The position numbers were made by a program, and so were the translations under genes. The notes beneath the pieces are model-generated. The model did not search any database. It saw only the letters and a program-made list of their open reading frames with translations, and was not told the DNA's origin. Below, piece after piece: positions 26,578-35,906 of a stretch of 64,000 nt of DNA (its first letter is position 1; every line of letters starts with the position of its first letter). Origin of the DNA: an uncultured Bdellovibrionales bacterium (GTDB lineage: Bacteria > Bdellovibrionota_C > UBA2361 > SZUA-149); contig CBDUGV010000001.1 in NCBI GenBank assembly GCA_965366815.1, forward strand, positions 10,916 to 74,915. Direction: 5' to 3'.

Positions 26578-26976
26578 CTAACACGCGGCGAAAAATAGAG
26601 TAATCCACGCACGAAGAATAAATGCGCCAACCGCAACTACCACAAGAGTCCATGCCATTTTGAATCCACCAACCGCAGAAGCGATAATGGCTCCAATACC
26701 AGCACCAACCGTTATCAAGGCACCAAATGGGCCCTCAATAAATCCAAGTAGAAATCCACAAGCAGCCTGATATAGCCCGCCTCCAGTCGTATCCCCCTGC
26801 GCAAAAACTGCACCAGCAGTTCCTACACTCAACAGGAGTACACCAAGAGCAAAAAGCAATGTGTTTGCATTTCGCTCAACTGAAAGACTCAACCCGACAC
26901 AGGAGTTGCGATACAGTTTCGCTATCGCGTTTTCCTTGTAAGAACGCTCAGTCATCGTCCCACCATTCATATCCAT
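26578..26976 (-). CDS. VirB2/TrbC-like type IV secretion pilin-like small protein (paralog 1)
   Basis: 132 aa. Long leader with hydrophobic segment ending AVFA-QG. About 72-aa mature part with two hydrophobic helices. GPFGALITVGAGIGAIIASAVGGFK...VVVAVGAFIL resembles recalled A. tumefaciens VirB2 (ICTFILGPFGQSLAVLGIVAIGIS...). Recalled homology, not searched. Confidence 0.6.
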   Translation of the reverse strand: MDMNGGTMTERSYKENAIAKLYRNSCVGLSLSVERNANTLLFALGVLLLSVGTAGAVFAQGDTTGGGLYQAACGFLLGFIEGPFGALITVGAGIGAIIASAVGGFKMAWTLVVVAVGAFILRAWITLFFAAC

Positions 26977-27173
26977 TTAATAAAACAACCATTATATCTA
27001 ATGAGGTCACTTACATTTGTTATGGGTACCGAATTGGGGGGTGTTACTTAAAAATACTAGAGCAAATCTTTGGAGATTTAGGGCACTTAGTAGCTATTTC
27101 CTAGGTAATTTACTTAGTTATGGGCGGTGGGATTAAATAGTGCGGTTCAGATGACAATCGACTTAACTAGCTG

Positions 27174-27809
27174 CTATTGCTTGCTTTTTACCGGAAATAC
27201 CTCAACAATTTCGAGTAAGTCTCCGGCATAGCCAATCTCGCCAAGGACGATTTTTTCGCACGAAGTGCCCATTCCCAAGGCGGGTTGAATCGAGTCTAGC
27301 CGCTCAAATAGGGAATTTTTCTTCAATTTTGCCAACGTTATATGTGGAAAATAGTTCTCGCCGACGAAGCGAATACCATAGCGGCTCACCAACTCTCTCT
27401 CCTGCTCCGAGGTATCGGGACTCTTTAACTTGTCCTCATACCGAAGCATCAGCAAGCCAGAACGCAGTTGATTTACCGCGGTAACAACCCGCATGTGAAA
27501 ACTCACGAGCTCTGGCGCGATGACCACATTCCAGAAGACATTTCTCGACACCACCGACAAATACAGCTCATTCACAAACTCAATCCCCGGCACTTCGCCC
27601 CGAGCAAGCACTCCAGCAACTGCCTGCTTCAATTCATCGAGCACCGCGACAGGAAATCTCCCTTGAAACAAGGTGACATGGGGCAAATTATCCAGCGAGT
27701 AGAGCGGATCTATCTCAACCGTCTCAGCAATTGCCGAACGCAGACGACAAGCCTCGGCTTCAACCGCACCTTCGACGAGAATTGCAATTCCAAGATCTAT
27801 AGTTTCCAT
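27174..27809 (-). CDS. 2H phosphoesterase superfamily protein (LigT / 2'-5' RNA ligase-like)
   Basis: Two H-x-T-x motifs (PHVTLFQG and FPHITLAKL) about 100 aa apart. Confidence 0.6.
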   Translation of the reverse strand: METIDLGIAILVEGAVEAEACRLRSAIAETVEIDPLYSLDNLPHVTLFQGRFPVAVLDELKQAVAGVLARGEVPGIEFVNELYLSVVSRNVFWNVVIAPELVSFHMRVVTAVNQLRSGLLMLRYEDKLKSPDTSEQERELVSRYGIRFVGENYFPHITLAKLKKNSLFERLDSIQPALGMGTSCEKIVLGEIGYAGDLLEIVEVFPVKSKQ

Positions 27810-27855
27810 AGTGCAGTTAGAAGTTCAGAGTTGCATCACAGAGAGGGAACACGGG

Positions 27856-30800
27856 TCAGCGAATCCCTAGCGCTCTAAGCCAAAAGGCCGGAGCATCCGA
27901 GGTGCGACAGCGTTCTGCTTTTGCTGAGTCACTGAGCTCTGCCAGCTCTTTTTGTTCCGCCTCGAACTTTCCTCCCTCGCGAAGACTGAGTAAGAGATAG
28001 TGCTTTGCCCTCGTACAGGCAACGTAGAATACCCGGCGTTCTTCGCTGTAGTACATCGCTTGTTGGTTCTCTTCGAGCAACTGCATAGTCAGCGTTTTCT
28101 TTCGGCGGTAGTCATCCGTCGGATCTTCGATCCTTACTCCAAGCATGCTGCGCCCGGAGCCATCGGGGATTTCTGATTTGATGAAATCGTGCTCCCTTCG
28201 CTGGCGACCGGCAAGAAAGGGAAGTACCACCATCGGATACTCCAAGCCCTTTGACCCGTGAATGGTGCTTAACACAATCGGATGAGAGACACTATTTGCC
28301 GTTGGCGCATCCGAACCAGCAACGCGCTCGTTGATCAGCCAATTCAGGGCATCCTGTGGATTTACACCACATTCGTTCTTTCTCTCCGCCGATGCGAGTC
28401 GGTCAATAAAGCGCTCAATATTGCCAAATGCTTCACCCTTCCCCACTGCAACATATGCTTCCCGCAATCCGGAGGTCCTCGCAATATGCTCAAGTAAGTT
28501 GGAACATGGAACCATGCGACTCAAGCGCTGCCAATCGGCCAATCTCCCTTGGACAAAGCTTAGAAGCTCGCTCGGTGAAGTGTGTTCACCTTCGAGAGTA
28601 ATCCAAGCCCCGTTTAACTCGGCGTAGAGGTCTACAATGTGCCGATCGCTGAGGCCCATTAAAGGAGAGCGCAAAACTCCAACTAAGGCAATCGCATCGT
28701 CGGGGTGAACGAGGAGTCGCAACACATGCTCGAGCTGGGCAATCTCCGCTAGTTCATAGAAGCCACTACTGTGCGAAATACTAAACTCCAGTTTCTCCGC
28801 CTCCAGAGCATTCGCAACTCGCGAAAGCTGCCGCACAGTCCGAGTAAGAACTGCAATTTGCGGAGAACCACTGTGGAGCGAAAGCTCCGGGTACTGTGAA
28901 GAGCGACCATCTGTATCGAAAGAAGACAACAGCTGCTTGAGGTGCGCAGCGAGGAATTTCGCTTCACCCGTATCGCTATTTTCTTGGCGACCAGCCCCCT
29001 TTTCGTAAGGTTTCCACAACTGTTGAACCTTCGGCTCACCTGCAGTATTCACTGGTGTTTTCGCGTGCATCTGCTGGGCCCGAAGCGCAGTTGGAGAGAG
29101 CGCTTTTGGAACCTTGCACGCTTCGTCTGTAGCAAAATCTACCGCAAAAAGCTTCTCAAACAAGTCGTTCACGAAATCGACGATCTCAGGCTGCGAACGG
29201 TAATTATCGTCCAGGCTCAGCGAAATTCCGCCAACCCGCTCAAGCTGCTCTCGAGCCAAGTCAAACACTCGGCTATCCCCGCCGCGAAAACCGTAGATCG
29301 ACTGCTGGGCATCGCCGACGAGAAAGAGTGTATCTGCCGCGAGCTCCGTGCCGCAGAGGCCAGCGATCTTCGATAGAAGCTCCCATTGCTGGCGATCGGT
29401 ATCCTGAAACTCATCGACCATGATGTGATGAAATTGCTGCTGGAGGCGTTGGCAAACTGCTGCCTGCCGGGCTCGATACCGGGGCTCCACCTCTTGGCAC
29501 AGCATCCGATGGGCCCCAGAAATCAGATCGTCGAAATCTACTAGCTGTTTGCCGGCCTTAAGCCGCTGGTAGCGTTGGCGCACCATAGCTGCAAGCTGCG
29601 CAACACCTTGGACGAGCTGCCAAGCCTGTCGCTCTGCTACATCTGAAAGCGTGAATACTGCGCGCTGCTCCTGTAATGTCCCGAGTGTATCTCGTACATC
29701 GTTCATAAAATTGCGAGGCGTGTGCTTACTTTTACGCTTCGCAAATCCTTGATTCTCCTGAATATAAAGCCGAAGCGATGCTATCTGCGAGAGCCAGTCG
29801 GTATCGTCGGCTTTCAGTAGCTTCTCAACTTCCGCCTCGAGGTATCGATGTGCAGCCAGCTGATCTGCTGGCATCTCCCCACCCTTCCCCGCCAACCATT
29901 CTGCAAGGTCTTGAAGCCAAAGGGCGAAGTATGCAGCGTGCTCTTGTTGGAGTTCGCCGCGTTTTCGCTTTTGATACTCGGAGACTAGCTCAGTTAGGTA
30001 GCTGCGTTTAGACTCATCGAGTACCTCATTGAGATCGTCTAGGAGTTGTGGACTCAAGGCAAGCCGTGCGAGTTGTTGTTGCAACGTTCGGGCATGCACG
30101 CCGAAATCCAATACGCGCTCGGCAGTTTCGCGCCCATCTTCTGAACGCACCACTGCTCTCACCGCTGCGCCAAGTTGAGTCTGCTGCTCGCTAGAGGTAA
30201 GAATTCGATTAAAGTGCTCGAGTCCGGAAAGCCGTAAATCCATTGCAACAATCCTCGTGGCCAACCCGTGGATTGTGCTTATCTGGGCCTGGGAAACAGC
30301 GGCTTTTGCCTGAGTAAACCGACCTCGCTCAACATCGCTCAGCACCGATCCCCGATAGCTATTGCTTGCAAGGACCCCGCTCAAGGCCTGCTCAACTCGT
30401 TGGCGAATCTCCTCGGCTGCCTTTTCGGTAAAAGTGACGGCCAACAAGGACTCAATTGACTCGCCGCGGTGAATCAGCTCAAGCACGCGGGCTCGCAGCA
30501 CTGCGGTTTTCCCTGAACCAGCACCAGCGCTAAGACATATCGGCTGCTCCAATCGACATGCCGCTTGCTGCTCCGCTGAGAGCCGAAGCTCACGAGAAGA
30601 ATGCTGGTTCTGAAGAAAGTCCCTCGGCACAAGAGATCCAGCACGGATTTCAGCCAAAGGCTCCTTGCTAGTCGCTTCTTCGCTGGTCGCTTCTTCTCTG
30701 GATTTCCACTTCTTTTCAAGCAGCACTTCATCACGGCAATGAAGCGCTGCATGCTGCGAATAGCGATCGATATCGGCCTCAAGCGGCTGCAGGAACGAGC

Positions 30801-33800
30801 CTTCGGCCAGCATCCAAAGAAGCGATCGCACATGGGCCAGAGTTTGTTCTACGCGACGCTCAACCGCCTCGCTCGAAAATGAACTTCCCCGTGCCTCAAG
30901 TGCTAAAAGCTCCCGACAGACTCCTTTTCGCGGCGATGGCATATCGAGATCGCTGCGGTTGGGCTGCGACAAATCTATGATCCCCCCTCTCGCGGGCAGT
31001 GTCTCAAAGCATTGGCGTAGGGCAGCTGCATAGAGAGGCAACTGCAAGCTCTTTTGCGAATCTATATCTCGCAAAGTAGCTGCCCCCCCGGTCTTATAGT
31101 CCCATATCGCCAGGGGCGTACCGCTGCCTTGATCTACGACAATGTGCCGATCGATACGGTCAATGCATCCAGTCACTTCAAGGCTAAGCCCAATGTCAGC
31201 CTCTGGCTGAACGAGCAACGCTGGTGCATCTTCGCTGAGCCCAAATCGGTATTCGACCCGTTCTGGAACAGTTTGGAGAAAGTCGCGCTGGTAAATCAGG
31301 GCGGCAAACAACGGCCCTTGTCTCCCCTGAACTGCCGATGGTCGCTTGTTCGACTGCAGACCCGCTAAGAGCCAATTCTTTCGGCTGCGGAGCAAGGGGT
31401 GAGAATCCCAATCGAGAGGATGATCGGCAAACGCAGCCATGGCTATTGCGATCATCCTCTTGCAGGCCTGCTCGAGGTCTCCTTGCAAGGACTCGGGCGA
31501 AAAGCCTTGGCCTGGATCAAAGAATCGCTCAAGGCAGCGATGGACAATCGTTCCAACATACAGAGGTATCTCCGACTCAAAGCCGCTGGAGCGTGGTTGG
31601 AGACCTAAGAGTTCTTGGAATAAAAACTGGAGGGGATTCTCGGAAAGCAATTCTAGCGATGAAACAGAAAGCCGAAGCGAAAGAGCTCCCTCTTGCTGTT
31701 CTAGCCCGGCATTCTTCGCCCTAATTCGACAGAGCCGCATCGAACTTTCAGGCCCTAATTGGCCGTCATATTCGGTAAAATGGGGCGAAAGGCGTCCGCG
31801 CAGTAGCGCCAGGGCCCGCGGACAGGGTTCTACCGGAGCAAGACTTCCATCAGTGGCGATCACCTCGCTATCCGCATCTGCGAGTAACCTGAGTTCATTT
31901 CTTGCGAGCTGATCTGGAAATAATGAGGCGAGATCCGTGAGAAAGGTCATCGGTAAGACCTCATTCTGCTCATCGCGATCTGGCACGCTAAAGACGAGCT
32001 CTTTCGCATTCCGGCATAGCTGCGCTAGGAGCCAATGACTCTCTTGGACGCGGGAGACAGCCCGACCCCGTCTATTCAACTGGTTGGTCACCACATCGAG
32101 CTCGCCATTCTCCGGGGCTGAGCCGCCTTGGATCCAAGCGTTGAGTTCGCGGGCACTGCATCCCAAAAGTACAACCGCAGGGCTAAAGATCGTCCGCCCA
32201 TCGAGAAACTCAGTTAGGCGCACCGCATCGGGCTGGAAATCTACCTGCAGCTGAATCCGATCAACATACTCTAGAAGATGGCTGACAAAACGAGCTAAAC
32301 TCACCCGTTCGAAATCAGCAGCGGCATAGCGAAAGACCTGTTGCACTTGGCGTGTTGCTCGAACCAGTTGCTGGAGGGGCGCTTGCGGATTTGAGGAAGA
32401 GCTACGCAAAGTCGATAGACGAAGGCGTATTCGATTGTAGTACTGCCGAATAGCAGCAGCATACTGCGGTGCCGTTTCATTTGCTGACTGTAATTTCGCG
32501 GCATACTCAGCTTCCTGCTCGAAAATCGCCAAACTAGCTATACCGCTGAGCAGAAGCTCTACTTCTCGGCGAACAGAGTCTCGCAGCTCGCGGCCGCCAC
32601 GAGTTTCTTGATATGAACGCGGACTGTCGCAGCAGTACCGCAATCGACCGACCAATTGCTGGAGCAGATGCTCGCTCCCAGCGCTTTCTTCCGATGGAAG
32701 GAGTTCGAGCGCGACTATGCCCTGCTCTATACAAGAAAATAACGGTCGAACGCCGGCAACCTGGGCTACTAAGAAGTCCTCAACACTGCGATTTCCTCGC
32801 TGTTTCTGTAGCTGCGGATGCTCGAGTATCGGATGAACTACCTCACGATGCCGCTTTAAGAAGCGCTTGGTCGACGCAGTAGCAAGCTTTGGCGAAGCAG
32901 CAAACGGGTGGCTAAAAAGAGCCTCGGCGCTCGCAAGATTCTGCTCTTGGAGCCAAGAAATCAGTTTTCGAAGGAAATCAGCCGGTAGCGTGCCAGCTAA
33001 GGCGGTGCCCTTGGTAATTTGCAACGGGATATTGAGACGATCAAACTCAGCTTCCATTAAGGAGCGATATGGTTCAACGTCAAACGCCAAGATGTGATAC
33101 TCAGCTGGTTGCGCCCTGCCTGCGGTTCGAGCTGCGGCTATCGCCTCAGCCAAGCGGCGGGCTTCGTCACGGCGCTCAGCAGAACGCCAAATAGCAACGC
33201 CGTCCAAGGACGCCCCCAGGTCAGTTTCCCCCAATAGCTTAGAGTCGATCAATTGATCGACAAGCAGGGCTCGATCGGGAACGGTACTGGGGTGTTGCTC
33301 GACTGCCGCGATTTTAGCGCTTGAAGTGCTAAGGAAATACCGCAGCGATTGGAGATAGGCTTCCGAAGGCTTTGGAAATTGTACGCTATCGCTCGCAGTG
33401 CTTTGATCGACTTTTTGCGATCCCCTCGCTGGTTCTGCCTCAAAAAGTGATGTTTGAACCGCTGTGGATGAAGAGCTGCGATTGGCTGTTTCAGTGGTCT
33501 TCGTATCAGAATTTCTCGTATGATCACGATACTCGTTTTGGCAAACGACTGCATCGACAGAGACTCGGAACTCGCAAAGATGAGAGAGTCTATCATAGAC
33601 ACTTTGCTCTAGCGGAAACACCTGCATTGGCCGAAACAAGAGTATGGTGTCTACGTCAATCGTCTCTACACGGTTGAGCGCGACGAGCAACTGTTCGAGC
33701 ACGGCTGGCCCATCGTAGGCGCCGACGAACGATTGTACTTCCTGATAGGCAGCTATCAGCGAAATGAGTTCTTCTCGACGGTCGAGAATAACATTGCCGT

Positions 33801-34188
33801 GCTCATCAATTGCACTTCGAATCAGCTGATCTTCGGTCTGGTGGAGGCGAACCGAATCGAGAAACCGCAAAAGCCGGTCTATCTCCTTCGGAATGCCGTG
33901 AATGGCGCTCGATAGCTCCTGACGAAGCAAGGGGAACTGGCTCTGCTCAGTAATGAGCCGCCACAGCGCAGTTCTTCGAGCCGGATGATGCAGGCGTCTG
34001 ACGGACTGCTCGGGTCTAAGCTCTCGTAGCAAACGCACTGCGGCATCAGCAGTCGTTAAGACAGTAGGCTCTAGCCCAGCATTTCGACGAAGCGATTCAA
34101 CTACGAATCGAGTCTCGCATAAAATCCAGGAATCGGAGGAAAGACTCTCAAACAGCTTCATCACTCCGCGACTAAAATTCTTCGGCAA
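27856..34188 (-). CDS. 2110-aa fused AddB-like (RecB-family PD-(D/E)xK nuclease) + AddA/UvrD-like SF1 helicase
   Basis: RecB nuclease motifs GCIDRIDRH...DYKTGG...QLPLY at about aa 1000. Then UvrD motifs: AGAGSGKT (I), TFTEKAAEE (Ia), VDEFQDTD (II), GDAQQSIYGFRG (III), YRSQ (IV), IHGSKGLE (V), VACTRAK (VI). No second nuclease domain at the C-terminus. Confidence 0.8.
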   Translation of the reverse strand: MPKNFSRGVMKLFESLSSDSWILCETRFVVESLRRNAGLEPTVLTTADAAVRLLRELRPEQSVRRLHHPARRTALWRLITEQSQFPLLRQELSSAIHGIPKEIDRLLRFLDSVRLHQTEDQLIRSAIDEHGNVILDRREELISLIAAYQEVQSFVGAYDGPAVLEQLLVALNRVETIDVDTILLFRPMQVFPLEQSVYDRLSHLCEFRVSVDAVVCQNEYRDHTRNSDTKTTETANRSSSSTAVQTSLFEAEPARGSQKVDQSTASDSVQFPKPSEAYLQSLRYFLSTSSAKIAAVEQHPSTVPDRALLVDQLIDSKLLGETDLGASLDGVAIWRSAERRDEARRLAEAIAAARTAGRAQPAEYHILAFDVEPYRSLMEAEFDRLNIPLQITKGTALAGTLPADFLRKLISWLQEQNLASAEALFSHPFAASPKLATASTKRFLKRHREVVHPILEHPQLQKQRGNRSVEDFLVAQVAGVRPLFSCIEQGIVALELLPSEESAGSEHLLQQLVGRLRYCCDSPRSYQETRGGRELRDSVRREVELLLSGIASLAIFEQEAEYAAKLQSANETAPQYAAAIRQYYNRIRLRLSTLRSSSSNPQAPLQQLVRATRQVQQVFRYAAADFERVSLARFVSHLLEYVDRIQLQVDFQPDAVRLTEFLDGRTIFSPAVVLLGCSARELNAWIQGGSAPENGELDVVTNQLNRRGRAVSRVQESHWLLAQLCRNAKELVFSVPDRDEQNEVLPMTFLTDLASLFPDQLARNELRLLADADSEVIATDGSLAPVEPCPRALALLRGRLSPHFTEYDGQLGPESSMRLCRIRAKNAGLEQQEGALSLRLSVSSLELLSENPLQFLFQELLGLQPRSSGFESEIPLYVGTIVHRCLERFFDPGQGFSPESLQGDLEQACKRMIAIAMAAFADHPLDWDSHPLLRSRKNWLLAGLQSNKRPSAVQGRQGPLFAALIYQRDFLQTVPERVEYRFGLSEDAPALLVQPEADIGLSLEVTGCIDRIDRHIVVDQGSGTPLAIWDYKTGGAATLRDIDSQKSLQLPLYAAALRQCFETLPARGGIIDLSQPNRSDLDMPSPRKGVCRELLALEARGSSFSSEAVERRVEQTLAHVRSLLWMLAEGSFLQPLEADIDRYSQHAALHCRDEVLLEKKWKSREEATSEEATSKEPLAEIRAGSLVPRDFLQNQHSSRELRLSAEQQAACRLEQPICLSAGAGSGKTAVLRARVLELIHRGESIESLLAVTFTEKAAEEIRQRVEQALSGVLASNSYRGSVLSDVERGRFTQAKAAVSQAQISTIHGLATRIVAMDLRLSGLEHFNRILTSSEQQTQLGAAVRAVVRSEDGRETAERVLDFGVHARTLQQQLARLALSPQLLDDLNEVLDESKRSYLTELVSEYQKRKRGELQQEHAAYFALWLQDLAEWLAGKGGEMPADQLAAHRYLEAEVEKLLKADDTDWLSQIASLRLYIQENQGFAKRKSKHTPRNFMNDVRDTLGTLQEQRAVFTLSDVAERQAWQLVQGVAQLAAMVRQRYQRLKAGKQLVDFDDLISGAHRMLCQEVEPRYRARQAAVCQRLQQQFHHIMVDEFQDTDRQQWELLSKIAGLCGTELAADTLFLVGDAQQSIYGFRGGDSRVFDLAREQLERVGGISLSLDDNYRSQPEIVDFVNDLFEKLFAVDFATDEACKVPKALSPTALRAQQMHAKTPVNTAGEPKVQQLWKPYEKGAGRQENSDTGEAKFLAAHLKQLLSSFDTDGRSSQYPELSLHSGSPQIAVLTRTVRQLSRVANALEAEKLEFSISHSSGFYELAEIAQLEHVLRLLVHPDDAIALVGVLRSPLMGLSDRHIVDLYAELNGAWITLEGEHTSPSELLSFVQGRLADWQRLSRMVPCSNLLEHIARTSGLREAYVAVGKGEAFGNIERFIDRLASAERKNECGVNPQDALNWLINERVAGSDAPTANSVSHPIVLSTIHGSKGLEYPMVVLPFLAGRQRREHDFIKSEIPDGSGRSMLGVRIEDPTDDYRRKKTLTMQLLEENQQAMYYSEERRVFYVACTRAKHYLLLSLREGGKFEAEQKELAELSDSAKAERCRTSDAPAFWLRALGIR

Positions 34189-34205
34189 AGCGGTTTTCGA
34201 GAACC

Positions 34206-35075
34206 CTACTGGTTCTCAATAATGTCCCGCATATACGCTTTTAATCGGGGAGCAATATCGCGCCGCTTCAACCCGTAGGCAATATTCGCCTGTAGGAAAC
34301 CGAATTTATCACCAGCATCGTAGCGGTCTCCGGTAAATTCGTAGCCCATGAAACCCTCAACTTTCATCATACGCTCCATGGCGTCAGTAAGTTGAACCTC
34401 TCCACCTGCACCAGTGTCGGTCTCTTCCAGATACTTGAAAATCGACGGCTTGAGGATATAGCGGCCGACAATAGAGAGATTCGATGGGGCCGCTTCCAGA
34501 GATGGCTTTTCAACCATGGTATCTAAGTTATAGACGCGGTCTTCGGCCGGATGCCCACCGACTATCCCAAATCGCGGCACATCCTCTTCCGGTACACGCA
34601 ACAAGGCGACGACTGATTTGTCGTATTTATCGTACACATCGATCATTTGCCGAGTACAGGGCACTGAAGAATCGACTAAGTCATCGCCGAGCAATACGAT
34701 AAAAGGCTCGTCGCCAACCAGATCTTTCGCACAAAGCACAGCATCACCAAGACCACGGGGTTTTTGCTGACGAGTTGTAATGATCTTAGCCATATTGCTG
34801 GCTTGTCTCAGAGCATTGAGCAAATCGATCTTGCCCTCGCGCTCGAGTTTATCTTCCAACTCAGGATATAAATCGAAGTGATCGACAATCGAACTCTTGC
34901 CGCGCGCTGTCACAAAGATGATATCTTCTATGCCGGAATCGACTGCTTCTTTGACAATGTACTGAATCGTCGGAATATCGACGATAGGCAATAGCTCCTT
35001 GGGAACAGATTTTGTCGCCGGAAGAAACCTGGTGCCTAGACCTGCTGCTGGAATGACTGCTCGCTTAATTGACAT
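34206..35075 (-). CDS. galU: UTP--glucose-1-phosphate uridylyltransferase
   Basis: N-terminus KAVIPAAGLGTRFLPATKSVPKELLPIVD, typical GalU; 289 aa. Confidence 0.9.
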   Translation of the reverse strand: MSIKRAVIPAAGLGTRFLPATKSVPKELLPIVDIPTIQYIVKEAVDSGIEDIIFVTARGKSSIVDHFDLYPELEDKLEREGKIDLLNALRQASNMAKIITTRQQKPRGLGDAVLCAKDLVGDEPFIVLLGDDLVDSSVPCTRQMIDVYDKYDKSVVALLRVPEEDVPRFGIVGGHPAEDRVYNLDTMVEKPSLEAAPSNLSIVGRYILKPSIFKYLEETDTGAGGEVQLTDAMERMMKVEGFMGYEFTGDRYDAGDKFGFLQANIAYGLKRRDIAPRLKAYMRDIIENQ

Positions 35076-35136
35076 AATTTGTCCTTAAATCGCTAGAAAC
35101 TCGGTGGTTTTCGATGCTCATGGTATATTATAGTTC

Positions 35137-35619
35137 TTGCTAGAATGCCATCCAAACCACATCTGCCTTATGCTTCTTTGCCTCGAAAGTAACATCGATG
35201 ACCTAAATCCAGAGCTCTACCCCTACATAATCCGCCGTATACTCGAGGCTGGGGCAAAAGATGCCTGGCTCACCCCGATAATAATGAAACATGGCCGGCC
35301 GGCGGTAACACTCTCTGTTTTGCTAGACTCCAGCTTGTTAGAGCCGGTATCGGACCTGGTTTTCTCTGAGACAAGCACCTTTGGAATTCGTTGGTACGAA
35401 GTTGCGCGAAAAGAGCTGGCACGCTCTATCGCCCGTGTCAGTACTCCCCATGGTGAGGTTGCGGTAAAGATAGCCCTCGACGCTGATGGCCGAGAATTAC
35501 ATGCGGCCCCGGAGTTTCAGGACTGCCAGAGCATAGCTGAAAACAGCTCTACTTCACTAAAATCGGTATATAGGGAGGCCCTAATAGCCTACGAAAAGCA
35601 CAAAAACACTATGAAATAA
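35137..35619 (+). CDS. LarC C-terminal domain (DUF111) stand-alone fragment
   Basis: LESNIDDLNPELYPYIIRRILEAGAKDAWLTPIIMKHGRPAVTLSVL matches the LarC ...LETNIDD...GALDV..TPI.MKKGRPG..LSVL region. No upstream N-terminal half and no other lar genes in the window. Confidence 0.45.
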   Translation: MLECHPNHICLMLLCLESNIDDLNPELYPYIIRRILEAGAKDAWLTPIIMKHGRPAVTLSVLLDSSLLEPVSDLVFSETSTFGIRWYEVARKELARSIARVSTPHGEVAVKIALDADGRELHAAPEFQDCQSIAENSSTSLKSVYREALIAYEKHKNTMK

Positions 35620-35830
35620 CTATCCTGTTGCGAACACTTTTGCCCATTTTTGTCGCGGATCGACGCAAATCGCTAATGACCGAGACCCATCCAATCAGGA
35701 AAGCCCTTTTCTTCCCCGGCAGCAAGCATTGCAATTAACTAGCTGATTTTACTACAAAAACCCTCACCTCCGCAGAGCTCAAGCCAAAGGGTTTCACGAG
35801 AAACCGTTTCCGACCTACGGTTGCGGTTAT

Positions 35831-35846
35831 TGGCATTGAAATTGCA
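35831..35846 (+). promoter_or_regulatory. sigma-54 (-24/-12) promoter-like element TGGCAT-N5-TTGCA
   Basis: TGGCATTGAAATTGCA with GG and GC at canonical 10-nt spacing, about 60 nt upstream of the NtrC-family gene start. Confidence 0.45.
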
Positions 35847-35906
35847 CCTCCCTATTTGGGAATACTCCCTTCGAAATGGCTCTTTCAACATTGGTGTCTA
35901 GGTGAA

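Noticed and set aside
28282-33677. Many 60-157-aa ORFs on both strands inside 27856-34188
   Set aside because: Shadow ORFs within the 2110-aa helicase-nuclease gene, whose motifs are continuous and in frame.
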